A stretch of 43,523 nt of DNA from a virus (taxonomy: Duplodnaviria > Caudoviricetes), in IMG/VR virus record IMGVR_UViG_3300031577_000005, positions 1 through 43,523 of that record. One strand, written 5' to 3'. Under the pieces are notes generated by a model that was not told the DNA's origin, searched no databases, and saw only the letters and a list, made by a program, of their open reading frames with translations. Below, piece by piece: positions 18,598 to 28,561 of the stretch. Both the position numbers and the translations under genes were made by a program. Within the stretch, counting starts at the first letter, position 1. Each line of letters begins with the position of its first letter.

Positions 18598-19109
18598 AGA
18601 AGTTTGATCACTTCCTCCCACGCTAAAGCCATCCGTTCCATGAAAAACTTCTGATTCTCAAAAGCCGCTGGCCGCAAGAATGGGCGCGGTGGAATATTCT
18701 TAGCTGGTGCGCCGTATTCGTGATACCTGGCTAACGGGTTATCCGTGCCAATATGAGCCACCATACCATCAACATGCAGCATTATTGAACTTCGAAGTGG
18801 CATACCCCACACTTTACGACTGCCTGATTTCCACCCAGACTTACGGTGCTTTTTTGAACTAGCAAAATGGCCTATCAGTGGATCCTCTCCACCGCCAGCT
18901 CGTTCCTTGGCTTTTATAGTCGCCGGCTTTAATGGTGCCCACGCTGGCAAATCGCCAACTGCCGGTTGATACTGTCCAAATTTTTTAGTCGCATCATCCC
19001 GGACTTTAACACCAACAACCTTTAATTCCTTATTCACTACACCATCAAATTTAAACGGTGCTGTGGCAAACTTTTTGGCTAACTCGCCAAGCGTAATTTT
19101 TACCGCCAT
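18594..19109 (-). CDS. Neck/virion morphogenesis protein (HK97 gp10/Mu gpG-like)
   Basis: WAPLKPAT, LRSSI, IGT....A.YHEYG....IPPRPFL. Confidence 0.8.
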   Translation of the reverse strand: MAVKITLGELAKKFATAPFKFDGVVNKELKVVGVKVRDDATKKFGQYQPAVGDLPAWAPLKPATIKAKERAGGGEDPLIGHFASSKKHRKSGWKSGSRKVWGMPLRSSIMLHVDGMVAHIGTDNPLARYHEYGAPAKNIPPRPFLRPAAFENQKFFMERMALAWEEVIKLL

Positions 19110-19519
19110 TAAACGTCCACTTCCCGCACCGCCCAGTATATTTCAGCGGCAATGGCACTTTGTACGGTAGGCTTGCCGACTTTTTGTACAGCATAGTTAT
19201 GCCCGTTATAAGTCGCAATATCGTTTTCTTGCAGTGTTCCTGGCTGGCCAATAAGACTAAGAAACTCTTTTATCTTACCACCAGCCATTGTTTCATCCTC
19301 TTTTAATTCTTGTCTACCGATTAATACTATCGCGTTAAACTGTGACGGTGATCCGGTTGGTTCCGCGTATATATCCCGGTCAGTATCAGCAGTTTGATCG
19401 TATCGACTCACGTTTATGGTCACGCCATGAAGTCCTAATAAAATGCCTAAATCAATGTCCATCGTAGCAAATAGGTTATTGCCTATATTCCCAACCAGAC
19501 TACTACCAAGTGACATCAT
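19109..19519 (-). CDS. Putative head-closure/head-tail joining protein
   Basis: Synteny; ATG 19519 after GGGAGG. Confidence 0.55.
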   Translation of the reverse strand: MMSLGSSLVGNIGNNLFATMDIDLGILLGLHGVTINVSRYDQTADTDRDIYAEPTGSPSQFNAIVLIGRQELKEDETMAGGKIKEFLSLIGQPGTLQENDIATYNGHNYAVQKVGKPTVQSAIAAEIYWAVREVDV

Positions 19520-20153
19520 GATCGCCTCCCATCGTGCCATAGGGCCGCAAAATGACCTGCTTGCGATATTCTTCCCGATAGTCATCAGCCAGCTTCATAA
19601 GATGCTCGGCTATGGTATGGTTATCAACCTCAAACCCCAGATTACCGGCAATTTTATACTTTTGTAGCTTGACGGATTGATCTGTAGCAATAGCCCGTAG
19701 TGCACATTCACAGGCTGGAAGCATGGCGATATACTCCCATTGCCGGGGAATGGTTGCTGTGGTAGTGGTCGCTTGATGATATGCGTAATAGTTAAAGTTG
19801 AGCGTATAATTTGCTTGTGGTTTGTTGCTTATAACTGCTATTTGCGAATCATCATACCAAGTAATTTCTAACGGTGCGGATATTGAGGTAAAATCCATTG
19901 CCATCCAATCACTGGGCAAAGAATATTGCGCTTGCCCTGCAACAATATTCAGTGTGTACGGCTTTTTTAATGGTCGATACCGTGAATATTCGGCAAGAGC
20001 ATCGTTAACAAACTGAGTCAATTCTGGGCTGTTATTGGCTACAATAGCCGGAGTAGCCAGTGTGTAATCAGTCGCATCAGGAAAAGCCTGTACCGTTCCA
20101 TTATCACGGATCTGATTTCTCACCCGTTGTACATAATCGTAAATAGTTGACAT
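19503..20153 (-). CDS. Putative head-tail adaptor protein
   Basis: First gene after the capsid gene; VR..I.D, L..FVN.AL, GQ.QY.LP.D motifs. Confidence 0.65.
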   Translation of the reverse strand: MSTIYDYVQRVRNQIRDNGTVQAFPDATDYTLATPAIVANNSPELTQFVNDALAEYSRYRPLKKPYTLNIVAGQAQYSLPSDWMAMDFTSISAPLEITWYDDSQIAVISNKPQANYTLNFNYYAYHQATTTTATIPRQWEYIAMLPACECALRAIATDQSVKLQKYKIAGNLGFEVDNHTIAEHLMKLADDYREEYRKQVILRPYGTMGGDHDVTW

Positions 20154-20171
20154 TCTTATCCCCCTTGGGGA

Positions 20172-20190
20172 AGGGACCGAAACGGCCCCT
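20172..20190 (-). terminator. Hairpin after the capsid gene (weak terminator or mRNA stabiliser)
   Basis: AGGGGCCG-TTT-CGGTCCCT on the minus strand with only a short T tail. Confidence 0.45.
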
Positions 20191-20196
20191 ATATTT

Positions 20197-23100
20197 TTAA
20201 GGCTGCACGATTAAGGTCCTCGATACTGGATTTAAAATATTAAAACTAGTGTCTCTAGGTTGAGGTGTGCAAAGTACGCTATGTTCCCGCCCATACCACA
20301 ACTTTGCATCAACAATCTGTTGGTTAGCGTCATATACCGGATATGGTCCTTCCATTTGATACGGCGTTTCAATTCCATATCTAGTTGAGCCTTTCTGAGT
20401 CAATAACATACGACCATCACCAGGTGTCCACGGCGCATTAATTTTAGATAGGTTCATTCCGGACCGTTGACCGTAGGTATTACCAGTATCAATTAATTTG
20501 GTTCCGTCAGGAGAAGCCCATTTATAGAAGATACGGGCATTTTCAATATAGGTTGCTACGTTAAGCGAAGACAGAACTACATTTGGCTTTTTAAATCTCG
20601 GACTCGACCCCATTAAAGCAGATGTCGTGGACAACTGCTGAAGCAAAGTATCATACCATGCGGCAATGTCGGTATAGTTTGTGCCCATGCTATAGTGCCA
20701 ACGGTCGTAATTCGTAACTGCACTGTAGCTTATTACCGGCAGTATCGGAGTTGTGGCGGTTGGATCTAAACCAGCTCCGGACTTGAAGTACACGATACCG
20801 TGTTCATAATCAACCGCGCAGGTGGCTGTTGTGCCGGTGAATGATTGAATCTTAGTTCCATCCCAAACGCCCTGGACTAATGCAGTATCGCTTACTGTAA
20901 TCGTTACCGGATTGGTGGTTACGGCTTTAATCTGTCCATTAGGCTGAATTTGGTTAGTAGTGCGTGGGCGTACTACTGGATTATACCCAGCGCTGGCCCC
21001 TTCATTGCCACCGGTCAGAGTGGTTGTAACTGCCGGTGAAAGCTTGTACATATAATCCGCATTAGTACCAGAAGGTAGACCAGTGGACAGTACCGCACTT
21101 GCACTTGGTGTTTCATTAGCAACTTCTAACGGATTGTATTCATCTGAAGCCAATACCATTTCAAAATACGCAGCGTTATCCAACTTACGTTTTTTATCTT
21201 CAGAGATATGATATAACGACCGTGCAATAGCACTATAACTTGCCGGACCAGTTTCTAATTCACGAATTACATCAGTAGAAAGGCTTACTGCATTACGTCT
21301 CCATGATGGACTAAAGGACTGCCATGTTAAATTAAGAGAACTAGGAGCAATCCCTACACCCTCACCCACTACCAAATCTAAAATACCGGTAGATGGATTA
21401 TATTCCGCTGCCGATGAGAATGTTTCCACTGGTTGCCGCCATTCGGAGCCTCTAAAAACATCGGTAAACATGAACTGAGCTGATTCAACGTCTTGGAAAG
21501 ACTGCATAATAATCGCCGTTAAAATAGTCGGCTGATTAAGTAGCTGAGCCGTAGTAACGCTAACTGCATCGTTAAGAAGTTGGGAACCATTGCTATCGGT
21601 ATAAACTTTTAACTGTCCCTCTTGAACGCTGTCAGCTAACGCCTTATGGCCGATTTTTTCCTCAGTCCGATCAAGCACCTTTTCAAAGGCTTTCTTGTTG
21701 TACTCCCGCAATTTGGGATCAGGCACATGCCCCAATTGCGCTGCATAATCGTCCATTTCTTTACAAATCTGGTCTACAATAGGCCGCCACGGTTTACCCT
21801 CTGCACCGACTTCAACACGAGTCTGACCGTTAAATACCGTGTTTGTCGAATCAAATCCGGCACTATCCATAAACGCTTTAGCACCAGCATTGCCAACCAG
21901 TTTTATAGCAGAATCAAAAAGAGCCTGAGCAACTTCTTTGCTTTCAGGCTCTCCTATGGAATCGGTTATAGCTTTTATGGTATTATCGTCATACTTGCCT
22001 TTCAGTGTGGCAATCTTTTCATCAAGGAAGGCTTTAGCCTCGGCCTTTTGCTGAGCCGCTGCCTTGGCAGTTTCCGCCTCCTGCACCGCATCAAGGGCCG
22101 GTTTTGCAACTTCACCAGCAACGCCAGCAAGCATGGTCCGAATTTCAGGGTCTTCATTCATAAGTTTAATCAAATCTGCCTTATTCACTATCTCACCATC
22201 TCCTTTGACCGCATCGGTCATTTTAACATTTTTTCCATTTTGCTGTAACCACTCACGGGCCTGACTGTATCTGTCCCAATTATCCGGGCTTACAGTAGCT
22301 ATACGATGGCTGGCTACAGTGGTCTGCGTTACGTCTGAATCTTCTACGAACGCCTCTTTACATGCCAAGCACACATAAAAATCTATGTCGCCATCATTGT
22401 CCGGATCTTGGATTTCGAGTTCCTTAGAGCAATGTGGACAACAAGGCGTTGACAACTGTATACCATCTTCAATAATCTGCTCAATTTGCGAGTCCGTAAG
22501 GACTTTAACAACCCCGCACCCTTCAGTAGCCGGGTTCATAACAATATCAAAGCTTTGAATATCCAAGAATGTCGCAACATCAACCGATACCCCATTAATA
22601 ACTCGTTTTACAGAGTCGCCAATGGCCCTCATACTAATTCCCACCGGAACACCTTGCTTAATGAGTGCTTTTAGGTCTTTTCCCTTAGCAGTTTCAAGAA
22701 TTTCAGCATCTAAAAAAACCTCTCCATTATCCATGAAAAGGTTTTTACCCTTAATAACACTGTTTTCAAGCTTGGTGTCAAATACGACCTTACCGCTTGC
22801 CGCTTTTATCGCTTTGGGATGAGGCGTTTCGCCTATCATCTTGCCAGGATCAACATAAGTTGCCTTGGATCGTTCCACCGCATCTGTCATTACCGCATCA
22901 GGGTATAGACGATTATTGTCGTTGACTACATTAACCTGCGTGGCCTTAAACCTTGCTACCATTGGCCCTTTCTGCCCCTCGGCAGCATCTGTTAGTACCC
23001 GCACCTGTGCCACGATGGTATCCGACATTTCTTGTTTGTTCCAACTGCTGGTATCAACACCTTGTTTCTTAGCAGTCGCTAGAATTTTTCGCCGTGCTGT

Positions 23101-23256
23101 GGCCCTTTCAGTAGTTGATAGCCCCTTAGTTTTATCTACCATGTCCCACGCCAGTTTTGTATGTGTGGCATCGTTAACTGGTAAAGCGCGTTTCCCTGGG
23201 ACGGCAAACTCACTGTCTTTCAGTTTATCGCGCTCAGCTTCCTTTAAATCAGCCAA
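20197..23256 (-). CDS. Head polyprotein: DUF6582-like N-domain, T4 gp21-type prohead protease, Zn ribbon, scaffold and major capsid protein
   Basis: N.N.RLYP, GE.PHP, GISMRAIG, FDIVMNPA (gp21-like protease motifs); CPHC..CLAC; coiled-coil region; the C-terminal ~456 aa occupy the capsid position and no other capsid gene exists; TTG start after AAGGAG. Confidence 0.8.
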   Translation of the reverse strand: MADLKEAERDKLKDSEFAVPGKRALPVNDATHTKLAWDMVDKTKGLSTTERATARRKILATAKKQGVDTSSWNKQEMSDTIVAQVRVLTDAAEGQKGPMVARFKATQVNVVNDNNRLYPDAVMTDAVERSKATYVDPGKMIGETPHPKAIKAASGKVVFDTKLENSVIKGKNLFMDNGEVFLDAEILETAKGKDLKALIKQGVPVGISMRAIGDSVKRVINGVSVDVATFLDIQSFDIVMNPATEGCGVVKVLTDSQIEQIIEDGIQLSTPCCPHCSKELEIQDPDNDGDIDFYVCLACKEAFVEDSDVTQTTVASHRIATVSPDNWDRYSQAREWLQQNGKNVKMTDAVKGDGEIVNKADLIKLMNEDPEIRTMLAGVAGEVAKPALDAVQEAETAKAAAQQKAEAKAFLDEKIATLKGKYDDNTIKAITDSIGEPESKEVAQALFDSAIKLVGNAGAKAFMDSAGFDSTNTVFNGQTRVEVGAEGKPWRPIVDQICKEMDDYAAQLGHVPDPKLREYNKKAFEKVLDRTEEKIGHKALADSVQEGQLKVYTDSNGSQLLNDAVSVTTAQLLNQPTILTAIIMQSFQDVESAQFMFTDVFRGSEWRQPVETFSSAAEYNPSTGILDLVVGEGVGIAPSSLNLTWQSFSPSWRRNAVSLSTDVIRELETGPASYSAIARSLYHISEDKKRKLDNAAYFEMVLASDEYNPLEVANETPSASAVLSTGLPSGTNADYMYKLSPAVTTTLTGGNEGASAGYNPVVRPRTTNQIQPNGQIKAVTTNPVTITVSDTALVQGVWDGTKIQSFTGTTATCAVDYEHGIVYFKSGAGLDPTATTPILPVISYSAVTNYDRWHYSMGTNYTDIAAWYDTLLQQLSTTSALMGSSPRFKKPNVVLSSLNVATYIENARIFYKWASPDGTKLIDTGNTYGQRSGMNLSKINAPWTPGDGRMLLTQKGSTRYGIETPYQMEGPYPVYDANQQIVDAKLWYGREHSVLCTPQPRDTSFNILNPVSRTLIVQP

Positions 23257-23321
23257 ATTTCACAACTCCTTCCATATCATTTTTGCATATTTATAATAGA
23301 GTTCGCACCACAACCACCTCC

Positions 23322-25586
23322 CTAATCTGCTGCCACAATGGTGCAACGGCAACGCGGGTGAGCTGGAAAATTGTTTTCAGCCCACGCAAGCGAATATGTC
23401 TCACCATTACGGCCCCGGCAAACTGGGCATGTCCTGCGATCCATTACCGACATCCACGCAACCCGTGTTTTGCCAATCTCCTGATACGTTGATAACAATC
23501 CCCGACTATAGCCCCAAGCTAACTCAGTTCGCGCGATCATTTCAGCGCGACCTCTGGGTACATCGCAGTCCATAACCTTTTCAATACGAGCCTCCCAATC
23601 CGGCCATTTATCACCGCTGGTGTAGGCCTCATTCAAGGTTTCCCGTAGAGCCTTCAATGTCGTTTCGTCCACATTTTTTATGCGATTGCCGGCTTGTTCC
23701 TGAAAGTAATACGCTAACTCTGGATTAACAAAGCCAGACTCCATGTTAATATCATCAGTTATTACTTTGCTTTGCTTCAGTGCGTTTTCACGGGCGTAGT
23801 TAGTAATGCCACGGTAAAAAGCAAGATAGCCCTCAATGCGGCTATCTCGTTCTGTTGCTATTGCATTTTTAAAGGCCTCTAACACATCATCAACGATCTT
23901 TTGTTTATGCTCAGCATCAGTAAAGTGATTGTATTTTTCACCAATCTTTTCTAAATCCGGTTGCATGGCCTCCATTACGGCCCCGAACTGTTGCCGTATT
24001 TCATCAACCATTTGTTTTTCCAATTCGCCGATTTCCGGCCCATGCAGTGGAAACTTTGTTTTCTTCGCGGCTTTCACAGCATCATTAAGGGCTTTAACGA
24101 CGGCAGCGTGGCTCATTGGTTTAGTTTGTGGATTTTCAGGGTTCAATTCTCCTTTAAGTGTGGTTTGGTCTTGACGATCCACTTCAAGTTCAGCTTCGAT
24201 TTCTTCTAATTCCGCATCAATAGACTCAGCATTTTCAAGATTAATGTCCTTAGCAATAAGCTGCAGTGCGAGTTTCTGAGAAATAAGCGGTTTCGGCTGC
24301 GCGGCTCTCAATTTAATAGCCCGGTCAACCCGTTCATTTGCAGTCTCGTTATCGTCAGCATACCAGCCAAGATTATAATCTACTAACGTTGGGTCAAGGC
24401 CCTGTAATGATAGGCCAAAGTCGAATATAAACCGCAAACCAGAGTACGAAGAAGAATCGCCATACTCCAACAAGTCCCTTAATTCCTGGGTATCTTCTTG
24501 AAATTGCTTTTTCTGATCTTCTACAATATCACGATTAACGTTGCGACCAAAACCCATAATATGAAGCGGTACACCAGTGCCAATCATATAAACTTCCTGC
24601 AAGTGCTCAATGTCTTTTATTTCATCAAGATGTGAGTCACCATCCAACGTTTTAATGTCGCCAAGGCTGTTCATATAATAATCAGTGCATACTTGATTCT
24701 TACGAGGGTCCATTTGGTTTTTAGCCCGGTAGTTTTCAACCTGTGCCCAATCAGCCGGATTATCTTTACTGCCAATAATATGTACTCTCCGTTGTGGGGC
24801 TCTGGTCCGGCGTCGAACAACTAAGTCCTCTTCGGTCATATTCAACTTTTTCCAATATCCACGAAGCTGCAAATACTGGCTGTTTCCGTATCGTTCTCCT
24901 TCTTCATGGTCATAGCGAATATGATTGACGGCCCACAAAGGAAACTCTTCAATAATCGCCAATGAAATAGGGTCAATCTGCCGAAAAGCCTTTTCTAAAT
25001 CCGTGAAATTGCCGTCCATGCCCTCATTGCGCTGCATTGAAATTGCGGGAAGGCGTTTAATGTTTTTAATCCGTCTTGTTGCAATATCAATAACTGGATT
25101 AAGGAATAAATCGCCGTCTTTTAATAAAATTCGAGCCCAACTAGCTAATTTACCATTAATCTGGCAATCGTGCATGATTTGATTAACAATATCCTGTGCT
25201 TGTTGCGCCAGTTTTTCATTTACACTAGATGTTACTGTAACCGTCATCCCTTTACGTACGGCAGTAGCGGCAAACACACGATTAGCTCGTTTTATGCGTG
25301 GGTCTTGTGCCATTATCATTTCAATGTCCCGCAGTATTGAACGCCGATCAAATTCTTGCTTGAATATATCATATTCCCAAATCGTTGGAGAGGTCTTAGT
25401 AACAAGTGCAGTATCCGTAGTTGTTGCCTGATTTCCTTGGTCTGGTAATAGCCTCATAAAAACATTGCCAATAGCTCCGACAACCCGCTGAAGAATATTC
25501 GGTTTAGGCTCAGTCGTTAAAATATAACTATTATCACCGGGGTAAGCACTCTTACCTGTGACATGTATTTTTTGCGGTTCTTGCAT
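23322..25586 (-). CDS. Portal protein (T4 gp20-like) fused to a MuF/SPP1 gp7 minor head domain
   Basis: EEDLVVRRRTRAPQRRVH and IKTLDG...L.EI.DIE portal motifs; C-terminal RAEMIARTE...W....D.RTCPVC...PAHPRCRC. Confidence 0.88.
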   Translation of the reverse strand: MQEPQKIHVTGKSAYPGDNSYILTTEPKPNILQRVVGAIGNVFMRLLPDQGNQATTTDTALVTKTSPTIWEYDIFKQEFDRRSILRDIEMIMAQDPRIKRANRVFAATAVRKGMTVTVTSSVNEKLAQQAQDIVNQIMHDCQINGKLASWARILLKDGDLFLNPVIDIATRRIKNIKRLPAISMQRNEGMDGNFTDLEKAFRQIDPISLAIIEEFPLWAVNHIRYDHEEGERYGNSQYLQLRGYWKKLNMTEEDLVVRRRTRAPQRRVHIIGSKDNPADWAQVENYRAKNQMDPRKNQVCTDYYMNSLGDIKTLDGDSHLDEIKDIEHLQEVYMIGTGVPLHIMGFGRNVNRDIVEDQKKQFQEDTQELRDLLEYGDSSSYSGLRFIFDFGLSLQGLDPTLVDYNLGWYADDNETANERVDRAIKLRAAQPKPLISQKLALQLIAKDINLENAESIDAELEEIEAELEVDRQDQTTLKGELNPENPQTKPMSHAAVVKALNDAVKAAKKTKFPLHGPEIGELEKQMVDEIRQQFGAVMEAMQPDLEKIGEKYNHFTDAEHKQKIVDDVLEAFKNAIATERDSRIEGYLAFYRGITNYARENALKQSKVITDDINMESGFVNPELAYYFQEQAGNRIKNVDETTLKALRETLNEAYTSGDKWPDWEARIEKVMDCDVPRGRAEMIARTELAWGYSRGLLSTYQEIGKTRVAWMSVMDRRTCPVCRGRNGETYSLAWAENNFPAHPRCRCTIVAAD

Positions 25587-25598
25587 CGCTTCACCTCA

Positions 25599-26288
25599 TT
25601 ACCGTTCCACCATTCGATGATCCGGCCTACAGTCCATATCAACAACCAGTCGGAAGCCCTTCTCTTTGGACTGTTTGCACCACGCAAGGTCTTCGCCTTG
25701 TGCATCTGCCCCATACCTTACGCCAGCCTCTAATACCGTTCTGGGTATCAAATACACGGCGCCGGTTACATCTACATCCATCGTGCCAGTCAAAGAATAT
25801 TCCGGCGGGTGCATTATTACACCGTTCCGTTTTACCATAAAATTACCCGGCACATGTCCATCAAGAGGCTTATCCGGAATATTTGATATGGCAGCAGCAA
25901 CTATAGTTTTGTCATCTGAAAGTGGCAATAATTTTTGTAAAATGTCAGCCGGCACGATAATATCAGAGTCGACGGACAATAAATAATCCGCATCAGTTTT
26001 TAGAAACATGTCTATAAACTGATTGCGGATATTTGCTAAATGACTATATTGATTTGCGTTGTACTCTTTACGTCGATGGCCGGGAGCTTTGCCGGCGATA
26101 ATCCCAAGGTCTGCACCATGCATCAGCCGGAATTTAAGTAGTATCCCCGGCGTTGCATCGATGCTGTTGTTCTCGAGAAATATGAACCGTTTATCCGGAT
26201 AATCTATCTTTAGTAGCGCCGCCAAATACTCCGGCAATATCCAGGCCCTATTTCGCACCGGCGCGCCAATTGCTATCAGTGGGGTCAT
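25599..26288 (-). CDS. Glycosyltransferase, GT-A fold (GT2-like; reminiscent of Anp1/procollagen-GT domains)
   Basis: APVRNRA..L..YL, ENNSID, LSVDSDI (DxD), TGAVYLI, GEDL.WC. Confidence 0.85.
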   Translation of the reverse strand: MTPLIAIGAPVRNRAWILPEYLAALLKIDYPDKRFIFLENNSIDATPGILLKFRLMHGADLGIIAGKAPGHRRKEYNANQYSHLANIRNQFIDMFLKTDADYLLSVDSDIIVPADILQKLLPLSDDKTIVAAAISNIPDKPLDGHVPGNFMVKRNGVIMHPPEYSLTGTMDVDVTGAVYLIPRTVLEAGVRYGADAQGEDLAWCKQSKEKGFRLVVDMDCRPDHRMVER

Positions 26289-27133
26289 GATCTATACCTC
26301 CTTGACTCTGCATAGCCTCGCCGATTCTTAAACAACCCATCATAATGCCATTTATCTTCATTCTCAAACAGCGTATCCCAGTCAGCTTCAACGTTACGCC
26401 ATTTATGATTAAAATGATCCCAGCTATCATTCGCGCTCTTATCCTGTGCCTCCGTATCTAGGAGCTTAAACGTAACGTGATTATAATGATAAACCAGTAC
26501 GTCCTCTGCAACATAAAGCCGGTAACCCTTTAGTCTCAATTCAAGTGATAGGTCAGCATCATCCGCACCCATTCGGCACCCTTCGTCAAGGCCCAATTCC
26601 TGGAATATATCTGCCCGAATCAGCATACACGCCCCAGAAAGACTTTTAGCCTCGGTAAAGTCGCCGCTATACTTGGTATTCAGTTTATTGGTAAAATCAA
26701 TAAACGTCTGTACGTTATGCGGGTTGCCGTCCCAAGGCGCTTCCCCGTATATCGCCGCGTAGTCTTGTTTGCTGCCAATCGCGCAACCCATCGGGCCGAC
26801 TGCCGCCGCATTGGGTAGTGTTTCAATATGCTTGATAAGCGTGCTCAACCAGTGAGGCGGTACCAATAAATCATTATTGAGCAGGAATACATACTCGCCC
26901 TTTGCCACGGCCAAACCTTTATTGACGGCTTTGGAAAACCCTTCGTTTTCGCCATTCTCAATTACGATAGCGCCAATAGTTTTCAGCCATTCGGGGGTGC
27001 CGTCGGTTGAAGCATTATCAACGATAATAAGTTCGTAAGGTGCATCGGTGTATTTTTGAACAAATTCGATGCATTCTTTCGTGTATCTGAGGTTATTCCA
27101 CGTTACTACTATGATACTGGTCAATCGATCCAC
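26285..27133 (-). CDS. Glycosyltransferase family 2
   Basis: SIIVVTWN, IIVDNASTDGT, N.GF..AVN.G, LLNND, GACMLI, DDADLS. Confidence 0.93.
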   Translation of the reverse strand: MDRLTSIIVVTWNNLRYTKECIEFVQKYTDAPYELIIVDNASTDGTPEWLKTIGAIVIENGENEGFSKAVNKGLAVAKGEYVFLLNNDLLVPPHWLSTLIKHIETLPNAAAVGPMGCAIGSKQDYAAIYGEAPWDGNPHNVQTFIDFTNKLNTKYSGDFTEAKSLSGACMLIRADIFQELGLDEGCRMGADDADLSLELRLKGYRLYVAEDVLVYHYNHVTFKLLDTEAQDKSANDSWDHFNHKWRNVEADWDTLFENEDKWHYDGLFKNRRGYAESRRYRS

Positions 27134-27816
27134 CTCTTTAGTACTGGATTAGGGTCCAGCATCGAATCATAATGCGACCGTGGACATAGCTCGCTATTCG
27201 GGTCCCGCGCTATGTACCATTCATATTTCTGCCGGGTACGTTTCGGTCCGTCTGCATAACCAAGATGTTTAACTCGGTAAGCTGTATTGGTCCCACGCAT
27301 AGCAAACACATTTTGCGGCAAGCTCCCGCAGTGCAACCGGCTTTGCCTCCATTCATACTTATAGTCATGCAAAAACTTGAACATCCGTGGACCGGCCACT
27401 GGCTTCCAAAGCTTGTCCACCCGGTAATGCGTTAACGAGTGCCAGAAATGATGGAACACGATGCCAAACCAATAGTTACCGCCGGGATTATCAATTAGTG
27501 TCTGAACCTCTTTAATAAAGCGATTCTCCATGATTTCGTCGGCATCCAGGCAGATAATCCAATCCGGATTAGTCTCGCGGGTCATTTCAAACAGCCGAAT
27601 CCGCGGGGCACTCTCATTAGTCGCGAAATCAGTCTCTTTCACTCGTTCCAACCGTACAACCTTCGGATAAGAGGCACATATACTAAAGGTCTGATCCGTC
27701 GAGTTATCGTCCAGAATGACTATTTCATCGACATACTGTGAAGCTGAGTCCAGCATATCTCTAAGATAGCGGTCAGCTTCATTTTTAACCATTAGCATCA
27801 AAGTTAACTTAGCCAT
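27121..27816 (-). CDS. Glycosyltransferase family 2 (VKNE/LDADE/HLGY subtype)
   Basis: MLMVKNEA, DEIVILDDNSTD, LDADE, KHLGY; probable start ATG 27816. Confidence 0.92.
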   Translation of the reverse strand: MAKLTLMLMVKNEADRYLRDMLDSASQYVDEIVILDDNSTDQTFSICASYPKVVRLERVKETDFATNESAPRIRLFEMTRETNPDWIICLDADEIMENRFIKEVQTLIDNPGGNYWFGIVFHHFWHSLTHYRVDKLWKPVAGPRMFKFLHDYKYEWRQSRLHCGSLPQNVFAMRGTNTAYRVKHLGYADGPKRTRQKYEWYIARDPNSELCPRSHYDSMLDPNPVLKRWID

Positions 27817-28561
27817 AACGTCGTGCATCTCCCATCATCCGGGCAAATTTTGTATTGAATATCGCTTGCCCTGTCTTAAACCATTGGGTTAATTGGACAT
27901 TATCCTTTGAGCTGCCTTGGTGATAATGCAATACCGTGGTAGCTGGCGTATACATTACCTTAAAGCCCTTACTCCGGGCATTGTAGCAATAGTCCGTTTC
28001 CTCAAAGTAAAACGGGTAACGTTCATCCATCAGCCCAAGCTGTGGAATGTTCCCGCGCTTAATCATCATGCAAGCGCCGCACACGCTCACGCACTCCATT
28101 TTGAGGTTGTATTTATCCGAGCGGTTCGGCTCCATCCAACCGCGAATAACCGGTTTGGCGTTGGTGCCAATAACCCCGCAACCGGTTATTTTGTTTTGTG
28201 AATTAATCAACTTCGGGCCAACCACGGCAACGGATTTATCACGCTCAAAGACTTGAATCATGGCATCCAACCAATGTGAATCCACTATCTTTGTATCACT
28301 GTTGAGGAACAAAATATAAGGGCCATTACCGGCTCTTGCACCTTGATTGCAAGCCTTGGCATAGCCATCATTGGTGACATTTTTAATTATAGTAACCTGT
28401 GGAAATTTCACCTTAATCACAGCTACCGAATCATCTACAGAGGCATTGTCTACGACTATAATTTGTTCTTTTTGGTGTGAATGGCGGATAATCGAATCAA
28501 TGCAATCCACGGTTAACTGCCGGGTGTTGTAACTCGGGATTACAATATCAACCACTGTCAT
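27809..28561 (-). CDS. Glycosyltransferase family 2 (WbbL/rhamnosyltransferase-like subtype)
   Basis: IVIPSYN, IVVDNASVD, GYAKACNQG, FLNSD, GACMMI, FYFEETD. Confidence 0.93.
   Translation of the reverse strand: MTVVDIVIPSYNTRQLTVDCIDSIIRHSHQKEQIIVVDNASVDDSVAVIKVKFPQVTIIKNVTNDGYAKACNQGARAGNGPYILFLNSDTKIVDSHWLDAMIQVFERDKSVAVVGPKLINSQNKITGCGVIGTNAKPVIRGWMEPNRSDKYNLKMECVSVCGACMMIKRGNIPQLGLMDERYPFYFEETDYCYNARSKGFKVMYTPATTVLHYHQGSSKDNVQLTQWFKTGQAIFNTKFARMMGDARRYG

Noticed and set aside
25599-28561. GT cluster as a Gtr-type serotype conversion locus or captured host LPS operon
   Set aside because: No GtrA/GtrB, TM segments, flippase or sugar-nucleotide synthesis genes; embedded and coupled within the head operon. 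Disfavoured, not excluded.
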